From: an uncultured Planctomycetia bacterium
Lineage (GTDB): Bacteria; Omnitrophota; Gorgyraeia; Tantalellales; Tantalellaceae
Assembly (NCBI GenBank): GCA_964409365.1
Contig: CAYPCX010000002.1
Coordinates: forward strand, 160,984 to 224,983
Reading direction: 5' to 3'
Length of the DNA stretch: 64,000 nucleotides
The position numbers and the translations under genes are program-made. Positions 42,001 to 54,000 of this stretch are shown piece by piece. Under the pieces are notes generated by a model. It searched no databases, was not told the DNA's origin, and saw nothing but the letters and a program-made list of their open reading frames with translations. Positions within the stretch are counted from its first letter, which is position 1. Every line of letters begins with the position of its first letter.

Positions 42001-45000
42001 AGGGCTTCAGTTCAGACGTAGGCAGGAGATTCCTTGATGCCCGGTTCAATGAGATGAAGGAAGCCGGAATAACGCAAACGCGCGTATTCCTCTTCAGCAA
42101 CTTCATGCCAGGCATAGTGGAGAATAATGACGGGACGTTCTCTTTCCAGCCGGAAGTAAATAAAGATATAGACGCTTTGCTGGAAACAGCGGATAAGTAC
42201 GGTATCGGACTTTCCCTGGTGCTTTATAATCATGACTTTAGTGATGGGAGGCCGACGAACGATGACGGCGAGAAGGTCGGAGAAAAACCGGAACTGCTTA
42301 TAGGGAAAAAGGACGAATTCCTAAAGCTCACGAAAGAACTCGTGGGACGCCTGAAGAACCACAAATATGCCCATGTAGTGAAAGCCATAGAGCCGTTCAA
42401 CGAACCGCGGGCGATAAAAGATGCCAAGTATAACTTTGTGAAAAAGGCCATGCACATTGTTACCGGGATCCCCATGGACGCGAAAGACGAGCAAGGCAAT
42501 AACAAACTGGATGAAGCGATGAAGAAACAGTGGCCTGACGCTCATGCCGAAGCATCGGGTTACGCGACCGACGCGCAGAAGGGCAGTATCGCGAAAAGAG
42601 CTGAAGAACTCAGGGAAAAGGGACAGAACGATGCCGCTGGAGAGCTGGAAAAAGCCGACAGGATAGCGGGATTTGACGCGGTACGGGATTTCGCGTCCGA
42701 AGTAGCAGAGGCGGCAGGCGATATACCGGTCGTGATAAGTTGTATGGATAAGGACGACCTGTGGTATAACTGGGCGAAAGAATCTCCCGAGATCCTGGCT
42801 AAGAAGAATGTCGCGGTGGAGATGCACTATTACGTGCCTGTTTACCGCACGGATAAGGACCTGGCCGGGCTGGTGGGAGAATTCCCGAGCGCGGGTGATC
42901 TCCGGGACATGTTGAAGGGTGCAGCGGGAAGAGATGTTCCCGTCGGGATAGGCGAGGTTGGAGTTTATCGCTCAAAGGATAAAGCTGGAACACCTTCCGC
43001 GGCGGAGATGGAAGCTATCGTAACAGGTTTTCAGGCAAAAGGTTACGAGGGAATCAGCTTCTGGAAGGATTATAAAGTGGAAGAAGGGAGGGTTTACCCC
43101 GGTGCTACCAATACTAATATCAGCGAATTGGGAGAGGTCATTATAAAAGCGGCAAAACCCGTAAAGCCCGAAAAAGAGGAACCCGCACCTGCCCAAAAAG
43201 AAGAACTGGCAAAGATGAAAGAAGCCCTGGCAAAACAGCAGGAAGAGATAAAGAAGATAGAAGAGGCAAAAGGAAAACTGGAAGAGCAGAAAAGATCGCT
43301 CGCGAAGGATGAGGTAACGGTAGAAGAGGAAGAAAAGGAATTGCAGGAACTGGATAGAGAGATCAAAGAACTGGAAGAGTGGCAAAAAGGAATAGTGGAC
43401 GATAAGGAAGCGGAAAAATGGAGAAGAGAAGCCATAAAGGAAAGAAAGGACCAGATCGAGGAAGCGAAAAGATACCGGGATGAGCGCATAGCGGCTATAG
43501 CGAAAGGCGATATAGGCAGATTGCGGGAGGAAGTGCGCGCCCTGGAGAGCGAGAAGAGGAAAGAGAAAGACGCCGGAGAGAGGGCGAAAATACAGGAAGA
43601 GATAGAGGACAGGAAGGTCGTCCTGTTGTCGGAAGAGCTTGTGGTAAGCCTTGAAGAGGACCTGAAGACATCGGAAGAGAACGTGAAACTTCTGGAAGAA
43701 GCCGCAAGAGGAATGGAAAAAGACGCGAGGCAGGTCCGCGGCGAAAAAGCAAGAGCTAAAAGACAGAAAGAGATAGCGGATAAAAAAGCCGAGATCGCGA
43801 GAAAAAAGAAGGAAATAATAAGAAAGAAAAAAAGAATAGCGGCGAAGAAGAGTGAAAAGGACAAACTCCTTTACAAGATAAAACAGGGGCGCATAGCGAG
43901 AATAGATGATGATATCCGCAGGAAAAAGGAAGCCGCGATAGCCGGGATAATAAAAGAAGAGGGCTCCTCGGACCAACTGAAGCAGGCCCTGGCCGACACG
44001 ATAGGGGATATAGAAAGGATAAGGAGGATAGCCGAGAAAGCGCACGAGAAAGCGTTCGATAAAAGGCTGGAAGGCAGTATATATGTCCTTGAAGGGCGGC
44101 AGTGGAATATCCTGACGGGAAGGATGGATTATCGCCAGAACCGCCTGGAGGACGAGAAAAAGGTCCTTCTCTGGGACCAGGTGCGGGACTCGTCCAAATC
44201 CCCCGGGTATACGATCGAGACGGTCTACATGAGGGACCCCGAAACGGACTTTATAGTCGAGAAAAGGTACAAGATATTCCATTTCGGCGAGAACAAAGGC
44301 GTGAAACATTTTTATTATAAAGCGGGATTCCAGTTCCAGGGTCTGAAGGACGGCAGAGAGCTCTGGGAAAGGAAGTATTTTGTCAATTATGACACCGGCG
44401 TATGGGAGGAAGTCCTGCCGCCGAAGATAGAAAAAGGCAAGGAAATACCCAGGGAGAGGGGAAGGGATGAGAAGGGCAGGAATTTCACCAGGACGGGAGG
44501 AGCGATACGTTATCATCTTTACAGGGACGAGAACGGCACTACCGTGATATCCAGGAAGCTGATGCTCGGGCAGATCACCGAAAGATATGATTACGCGTTC
44601 GACTATCTGACCGAGCTTGAATACGACGGCACCACATCCTACTCCGCGGTGATCGACCCGGGCAGGACCGTCGAGCTCAAACCCGTGATCCTCAAGCCCA
44701 GCCGCGCGGAAAGGAACGGCGTGAACCTTTTGAAACCCGAATACAGGAAACAAAGGACCATAGAGGACGGCACCACGTTCGACGGCAGGGTTTTTACTTT
44801 TCCGTCTAAATTGATCCAGGGGGGAACTTTATCGTCGCGGGATTTCCCGGAAGGTTTGACGTACAGGCCCGCGCAGGAGGTGCAGTATAAGTTCCATATC
44901 GAATGCAAGTACGATCATAACGAGCAGAGGATCCTGGTCGCGAGGGAAGAGCGTATCATCACGAACATGGATGGGCGCCTGCTGTTCAAGGTCACGCTGG

Positions 45001-48000
45001 ACCGCGAGACGAACCGCGTGAAGATCCTCAGATTTCATAAGACCAAAGAGATCGACGGTAAAAAATACGATAACGTCATGGAAACGTTCGTTTATGACCG
45101 GGAGACGAACGAACTGGTCGAGAAAATGAGCCACCGGATAGTTTTCGATGAATACCTCAGGGAGAACGACAGGTGGGATCTCGTAAAGTCCTGGGCGATC
45201 GTTGAGGAGAAGCAGGATAATTTCGCGGACCTGGAGAACGTCGACGTGAGAAGGACTTACGAAGTGGCGAAAAAGATAGAGTATCACGAGGATGGCACTA
45301 CGACCGAGTTCATGACCAAAAAGAGCAAAGACGACGAATGGCCGAAGATAGACATGGAAGTGACGACCGAGAAGAATAAATACGGCATTCCCGTGGAAGT
45401 GGTCTCTTCCGGCACCCGCCAGGATTCAAAGAGTGAGGAAGAAAGGCCCTTCGTTCCGGTGATATTCGAACCCCATGCCATTAAGAGGGCGACGGGCCCC
45501 TTAATGAGGTACCGGAGTTCTGACGGGAAAAAACTGGATAAGCCGGTAAAGATCGGCCTTCTTTCTTACGATGAGAAAGAAGGCACTCTTAACGCCGTGT
45601 TTGCCAGGCCGGACGGTACTCTTGACATTGTCAAGGTGCCGGAGGACGCGAGGATAATAGAACTGGTCGAGCGGGAAGCCACGAAGACGCACGTGTCTTT
45701 CGGTATCTACGATGTTTACGGGAAGCCCTTGTACCAGGACAGGATGACACACCAGAGGGGCAACGGGGCTATCCACCATATATTGCATTACACTCCCGTT
45801 TCGGGCCGCAGCAAGGAAGAGGATATTAGACGGGGCGAGGTAGATGATTCAAGCCGGAGCGATGAATATTATGGTTATATTCCCAAGGAAGGCGACGGGA
45901 AAGAGGTGCGGGTGCTTTTGAAAGAATCGACTGTGATAAGGAACACCGATACCGAGAAAAACGACCTGTACCTGGTAGAAAATGAAAGGTCCCAATTCAA
46001 GAGATACAGGAAGGAATACGAATATAACCTTTACAGGGCGATAAGCGGGCTTCCGACCAGCGATAAACCGATAGCTAGCAAGGCCTGGAGATTGACACCG
46101 GAAGGGGAAGATTACCCGAAGCCGTACGAGATCGTCGTATACAGGTTCGACCTGGAGAACGAACAGCGGCTTATCATTTCCATGTATGACCGAAAATATC
46201 CGGATGGCACTGATGTGCCTGCCAATGCGCCGCTGGAGGAAGGACAGATAGTGACCGGCCTTCTTACCACTTCGCTGAAGTCGGGTATCGAATATGAGTC
46301 GGAAACATGGCGGGCGCCTCTCGTGAAAGCAGAAGGCAAACTTCACCTGGATTTTGCCAAGGGCAGCCTTATCGCCAGGAGGTACCGCATGCCCGAGACC
46401 GACCGGTTCATCACTATCCACCTGGAAAGGGACGAAAAGACAAAAGAGTATTCGGTCAAGGGCGTGTTCGAAGGAGAAGGAGTTATCGAGCTTTTCGGCA
46501 TCTTCCCGGACAAGAAGGTAAGAGAGTTCTGGGGCCTTGACCCCAAAAGGGTCGTTATAGATCCGGAAACGGGCGAGTTCACAGGGCTCGGCGACACACC
46601 GGACAAATGCGTAAAGATCGATAACGATAATTTTAATGAAGGGATCGCGAGGAACCGGGTAAAAAGATACGTGTATGACCCCCGGAACCCGGACTATGTA
46701 TACTCCATACCCTGGCGAAGCGATCCTGACTACGTGAAAGGGCGTTTTTATCTCAGCCAGAAAGAAGGCATCAGGAAAAGCCGGCTTGTGGCGAGTTTCA
46801 GACGGAGCCCGGGTGTCAGTTTCGAGGATATGATCAGGAACGCACAGACCACCAAGCCGTGGGACAGGAAGACATCGGAGGTGACCCGCATAAGGGCCGA
46901 GGATGCCGAGTTGGACATGATCTACACCTATACAGGAACGAATTACCGCGCGCATGCCGCCAAGGACAGGGGAACTGAACCCGCCGTATTCACGGTGAAA
47001 AAGGACGGGGATACGTGGGAGATATACGAGTATCCCGTCGAGAATGAGAAAACGGGCGAGATCGATAGCCTGCGCGGGACACAATACCGTGTCAGCACCA
47101 CGGAGCCTAAAAAGAAAGACGGGACCAAAGAAGAAGGATGGGTGAAAGTAACACTTGATATCGGGAAGGTCGTCAGGAACATAGCTTCCCTTTCACCGAA
47201 GATGAAGATGGCCGACGGCACTCTTTTACAGGACACTAAAAATCTTCCTGACTCGAAGACCTTCTGGCTGAAGGAAGTGTATCACTGGAAAGGCGTAAAG
47301 AAAAAGGACGGGACGATCGAAAGGGTCATGTTCAATCCCCAGGGTGTCCAGGTAAAGAGGACATATGATCCCGGCGAGAACAAGACGCTGAGGGAGAACA
47401 TCGATGAGCTCATCAAGGATGTCGGGAAAGAACACCGCGAGAGGGAAAAAGCCAGGAAGAAAGCTGAAGAAGCCCGGCTCCATCTGACGGAGAGGGTCCA
47501 TGCCGCGGATCGCAAAGAAGCCGAGGAGATCGCCGCCGAGGATCCCCTTTTCAGCGACACATGGCGCAACGAGATGGTGGACGCGATCTATAACAAGGTA
47601 AGGAACAAGGAAGCCAAGGGCGAGAAGCTGAGTTCAGCTCAGCTGAAGGCCCTTTTAAAAAGAAGCCCAAAGGTGCTGGCCACGTTCGAAAAAGTGCTGG
47701 AAAGGTTCGGCCTGTCCGCCGATTATTCAGATCCGGAACTGCGTAACCTCGTGCTGGACTGGACGTTGATGACCGACAAGGAAAAGGGCGTGTCGGAATG
47801 GACGCTGGTGACCGGCAAGGAAAAAGAGGTGGATTTCGGTGATAGCGCGCAGATGGAAGAGTTCCTCGGGTATGTCGTCGCCGTTTCAAGGATCCCGGAG
47901 TTCAGGGAACTGGTAGAGAATTCACCGCGGATAACGAAACTGAACAAACGCCCGAAACGCATAAAGATAATAAAGAAGGCGATCCTTTACGCAAAGGATA

Positions 48001-51000
48001 AGAACAGGGGATTGACCGACAGGGATATCGGCGCCAAGCTGGAGTACGAACTGGTTTCCGACAAGAAGGAAGAAGGTGCGGCAGACAGGTATTACGAAAG
48101 AGATAGTCGGAATATGCTCAGGGAGACTGTTGAAAAGTCGGCTTGGGTGTTCGCTCTTGCAGTTGCGGCGTTTGCGACCCTTGTGGTCATTGTGAGATTG
48201 CGAAGGGCAAGAAGGGGAAAAGTATTGGCAACAAGAAGGTTTGTTCCGAGAGGGACAGGAACCGGGACTGGAGATGACGAGGCGGAAGGTGATGATGAGC
48301 CCGGCCCTGCCCGTCACGACAGGCCGCACGACGGCACGCACGCCTTCAAGCCGATAACGGCTCTTGCCGCGCCGCTTCTTTTGACACTCGCGATGGGATT
48401 GGTCTATCTGGCCGGGGTCTATCCGCAAGGGCTCTTATGGAATACGATCCTGATCGTTCTTGCCGGACATGTGCTTTTAAGGTCGATATATCTGCTGATG
48501 GGGGGCATATATGCGACGGATTCTCTGACGGTCCCCCTGGCCCTTTCAGATGGCACGAAGACGGCGGCATATAGCCAACTGCCTTCCAAAGCGCAGCGTT
48601 ATATCGACAGACACGAACTTATCCATGTCTTTACAGGCGGGTTATTGGCCGGGATACTGAACGATCTTATAGCTCTGCCCGCGCTTTATTTTCCCGTGTA
48701 TGACAGGATCATAAACTGGCTCCTTTACCGCGCGCCTCAGGAAGGAATGGGCGGCGCGGTCCGGCAGAGAGAACTGCCACAGGATAAGCCGGTCAAGATC
48801 GATGCGACCGCGAATCTTCTGCAGCCCGGCGGCGGTGACAGGCGCATGGCGCTGGCCGATGACCTGCTTGATACGGGTAGAGATCCGGATAGGACCGGCC
48901 TGGCCGAAAGGATCTGGGACAGGGCCCACGGCAAGCGGAGTGACAGGAAAGACGACGGGATGAAGGGGCACATCCATGACGAGTTGATGAAACTGGAGAA
49001 AGTAAGGGTTTTCAGGAACGGAGGCAAACCCGCCGTCAGGGAGATATGGTCGAATATCGGTATAGTGAGCCTGGTCCTGGCCGGATGGATCTTTAGGGGG
49101 GCTTACGTGTATGCCAGGTGGGATATTGGTCTTGCTCTGCTTGGTCTTGTGTTCCTGGTCTTCGGCGTGTTCCTGAACAGATACGTCATTTTGGAGTTCT
49201 ATAATAAGGTCATCAACAAGCGTCAGCGTGCCACTGATCAACAAGATACTATAAGAGGTCTGAGAGGAAGGCTTGCGGAAGCGAGAGAGAATCTCGCGGA
49301 GCTCAGGGAGGAATACGGCCGGCATTTGACCAACGAAGGCTGGAACACGCTCATGACAATGACGGTCCAGCCCGCTTTTGATCATCCGGACAGCTATATA
49401 GAGGCAAAGGCGCAGAACATAAATATCCTACAGTATATTGAATACTGCGATCACTGGCTCGAGTTCATCCAGGACAACCCCGAGGGCTACAAACTGTTCG
49501 CCAGGTTCCAGGGCCCCGACTACGGTTTCAGCCCGAAATACGTGCCGACCCTGTACGTGAAGGGCGAGCATTTTACCCGGCTCGTTTCCCCCGACGGGGC
49601 GTGTCTGCTCATGCCGGGTAAGGTGTCCGATTACCAGGATGATCCGGTATACAGCGGGTGGGGATACAGGGAAGTGTCGGATGACGCCCTTTATAACGGG
49701 CCCATGACCTATAATAACGCCGTCCATTTCGCGCCTATAAACAACCTGCCGAAATACATGGACACGCTGGCTTATAAGGTAAAGACCATCGGCCGGGAAC
49801 TGAAGATAGACGAGTATCGTAACAGGACCGAAGGCACGCCCAGGCGTGAGCTGTATGAAGTGATAAACGACATAAGCGATTACGATCACAGGGTCACGGA
49901 GGACAAGACCGAAAGGACATCCGGCGGTATCGGGACGGATCCCGCCCGTTCGAGTTATATGCACGGTATCATCAGGCACGGATTATTCCTTGTTTTGACG
50001 TTGGCAGTGATGACCCTGTTGATCTTTGCTTACTATAGTGTTTCTCCGTGGCTCATCGCGGCGAAGCCGGTCGTTCCCACGGGTCTAGGTTGGGTGGCAG
50101 CCGTGACCGTTACCATGGGGCCGCTGTATTTTGTCAACATCGCGAATTTGCAGAAGCTTTTCTTCCTTATCGTACGGTTCAAGGGAAGGGACGAGACCGC
50201 CGAGGACGAGGACCATATCATGAGGTTCGTCCCCGAGAACATTATAGAGCAGGCCATATATGATGCGGTGGCAGACATGCGCCAGGATGGCCAGGGCGAT
50301 AGAGTGCCCGGTTTTCTGGCGGATTGGCTCCACGGACACCGGGGAGATATGGACGTCAAAGGTCTTTTACAGGCGATACGCAAAGACTACCAGGAAAATT
50401 ACAGGATCCTGGCGATAGAAGGCATGTCACCCAGCGACCACCCGTATTACCGCCTGCTTCTCCATCACGGGCTGTTGCAAGCCCTTTTCCTCTCGACGAT
50501 GGAAAGGGAAGAACTGGTAGACAAGTTAAGGAATATCGCCAGGGAGGACGACAGGGTGCGGGAGTGGATAGGCCTGGCGATCGATGATGACGACGCGTGG
50601 GAAGCGTTCAAGGAAGAGAATAGAGACTGTTCCTGTACGGATATCATCGAGCGGTTAGGTAAGGAAGGAGTACTTCACCTGATAGGCAACCACCCCGGCG
50701 TGTTCCCCGACATCTATCTTTTGCTTACGATATTCGGAAAATTTTCCCCCAAGGACCGCCAGACCACCAAGAACAAGTTCAGGAGGCTGGTGACGACCCT
50801 TCTTGACTTTTATCCCGGCACGGCGAAAGTAGAAGACGTGAAAGACCTTCCCGCGAGGGTCGTCCCCTGTATAGACGATAACGACAGGAATCTTTTCCAG
50901 GCAGTTGAGGAATTGTTCGGTGTGGAATGGGACGAAGGTTCCGGCAAGAACATAGACGGTGTGAACTTCAGGGACTACCTGGAGAAGCTCATGCTCGACG

Positions 51001-54000
51001 CCACCGGCGACGAAGGCGCCAACTACGGCAAGAATCAGCCAAAGCTTACCATGAAACCGAACCTGAACACCAGAGCTGTTTCATCCCTCCAGTATAAACT
51101 TGGTAAAAATAACATACCGCTTCCGAGGTACATCGAGCTGGTAGACGAGGAGGACATGCTTCAGCCGCTCCTCGCGATCTCCAAACAATGTGTCCTGAAC
51201 ATGAGGAGCAGGGCCATAAGAGCGCAGCTCAAGGCCAAGGAGGAGAACGAGGACGATAACGTGGCGCAGGAACTTGACAAGGAAGCGTGGGGTATAGACA
51301 TAGACAGGCAGAGACCCGAGCTGGAGAGAGATTTTAACGTGAAACTGGAAGGTTTGTGCTCCCTCGCGGGGGTCTCGGAGGATGATCTGGGCGCGTTCAT
51401 GGATGAGTTCGAAGAGACCATGACCGGCGGCCGTGACGCGCGCGGCCTGGCCATGGATAACGGCATACGGATTATTGAACGGCAGATGCTGTCGTTAAGG
51501 GATGGTATTTCCGCGGCGGAAGGACAGTTAAGGGTCCTCAAGGGCATGCTCATGAGCGAGAATAACGCGAATCGGAGAAAACCGATCAAAGACCGTATCG
51601 CCGAGAAAGAGGCCGAGATAAGAAGAGCGCGGGGCGAGTTGCAGGTAAGGGAACTGGAAAGGAGGGAGATATACGCCGGGAAGTGCGCGGATTCTCCCGA
51701 GGCGATAGACAGGTCCAGATACATGCTGTACGCGTTCCTGAGGTCACTGACTTATGATATCAAGACCGGCGAGGAAGAGACCAACGAACGCGAGAACGTG
51801 AGAAGCATTGCGAAAAGGAATTACATCAGGAACGAGTTCGAGGCGAGGAACACACCGGATGTCATCCAGTCGGAGCTCCGACTCATCACCATGGACGTGC
51901 CTAACTGGTCCAAGTGGTCATTCGTCGATTATTTCGCGTGGCATAACGCTATACAGATAGGCCAGACAAAAACAGGGTTCCTGTTCCTCGGCGGGACGGG
52001 TAACGGATTTCTCTGGAAGAACCTGGCCGGCACGGAGTTTGTTTTCAGTAAAGAAGGAGAGATGATAGGCCAGGCGCCGCTTCAGTGGAGAGCGGAGCTG
52101 ATGATGTCGTTGAAACCCATGAGGGACAGGGTCTTCAAGGAGGAAACGGAAAGAGAAGAGAAGCTCAGGGGCGAGGGATTTATCTACAGGGCATGGTACA
52201 GGCTTTCCAGGCTTATCTGGACCGACCGGGATATGCAGAAGATCCTGCTCCCGTCCAAAGGCTTTTTCAACTACCTGAACGACCTCAGGTTGGCGGGCGC
52301 CTGGGACCCGTATAACCAGATCGAGGACGCGGAGAGAGGAAGCCGTCTCGCCCTGTTCAAGCTCATGGCCACGCGCCTTGTGGGCAAATTCAGCCAGGTC
52401 CTTGAAGAGGCCCTGCCGGCGCTCGGTCCGGGATGGTGGAAGCAGAGGCAGCGCTGGATCATCCTGCAGGCGTTCTGGGTCATAGTTTCCTATCCTCCGG
52501 CTCTCATGATGTTCGTGGGACAGATATTCATGGCGGGATTAGGGTGTTACGTGGTGAGCGCCTCTTCCGGTGTTCTTTTGGGCGTATTCGTCGGCGGCCC
52601 GCTGGGCTTTATACTGGGTGCCCTGGTGTTCTACTGGCTGGGGCAGCTGATCTACCATGGCCTCATGATCAGGACCGGGATGTCGAGGAACTATCAGTGG
52701 CAGCAGGACCCGATATTCTCGATAGGAGGCCCCGGCGTGAAAGGCTGGTTCAAGGGCCTATGGATCTTACAGAACATGGCGTTCCTTTCCGCCTCATCCC
52801 TGATACTGACATTGGCCTTCGCGGTAGGGGTGTTCATAACCCTCCTGTACGGCGGGTCTGTTTTCGTCCTTGCCGCGGGCGTCGCGGTGAAGGGGACCAG
52901 CGGTATTTACATCCTGGGGATACTGGGTATCGCCTTCCTGATCAAGGCTTTTTATAACAGGGTCGTGAAACCCGTAGCTGCGATCCCGGCGAAACCGACA
53001 CCAAAAGATCTTGAAGGTATAGAGAAAGATATGGGAAAAATGGGAGTCCTGGCCGGTCTTTTGACCAGGCTGTTCCTTGGGCGTTCTCCGAAGCTCCGTC
53101 TCTGGTTCCTGGTCAGCGCGATCGGTACGATCGCCATGCTTGTTTTCGGGGCGCTGTTCTACGGTATGCCGAGGATAACCCCCGCCGCTATATTGGGAGG
53201 ACTGGCCGCTTTGGCTATCGTCTCTTTGTGGGACGCGTATGCGAAACAGGAAATTTATGAGCGTGTCGAGTCCGGATATCGGAGGACGGCTCTTATAGTG
53301 ATAACAGGTATCGCGGCCTTTGTCGTAGCGCTTCTGGTCTTCTATCTGGCGGTCTCATACCTTGGACCCGCTTTTGGCACCGGTAACGCGGCGGGTGAGA
53401 TACTCGTAGCGGACGCCCAGAACCTGAACGACAGTATAACCAGGCTGGATTATTTTCTGCCCGTGTGGTGGGCCGGCGCGCTTCTCATGATCTGGCAGCC
53501 TCTGGTCATCGTGGGAGTGGCCTTCGTGTCACTGGTCCGTTTCGCGATCGAGAACGAAGAATCCATAAGTGAAGGCGCGATAAGGGACCTGGTGGACGAT
53601 GAGTTCAGCTACCTGAAGGGTTTCAAGGGACCGATAAAAGATGAGAATACCGATACGGTAAGAGAAGAAGACGCGGGCAAAGCCTTTCTTGAGCAGAGAA
53701 GGACCAAACTGGAGATATGGGGAAGGACCCCGGACGGAACGGACGGGTACACTTATGTCAATATCAAGGACACGGACGCTATTGTCGGGTTACTGGACGA
53801 ATATAAAGACTGGCTTGATCAACAGGCTGATAATTATTTGGATACACCGCAGGAAATATATCTGGGCGAGGATCAAAAGGAGGATAAATTCGGATCCGGG
53901 GATACAGCATATGGGATACGTCCTGACGATGGCATAACGATCATGGACATCAAGAAAGAGGGAAGGACAGTTTACAGCATAGGATTGGATAACGGTAATA

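Noticed and set aside
42972-44753. Long minus-strand ORFs in the provided track: 593 aa here, 504 aa at 1334-2848, 511 aa at 57592-59127, 411 aa at 45849-47084, 392 aa at 40062-41240, 391 aa at 19068-20243, 329 aa at 55974-56963, 318 aa at 10490-11446
   Set aside because: All lie antisense within the giant + strand ORFs. Their translations are Ser/Leu/Arg/Phe-rich low-complexity strings, typical of the reverse complement of Lys/Glu/Arg-rich coding sequence. None has recognisable motifs, and the + strand frames carry clear domain signatures. They are shadow ORFs.
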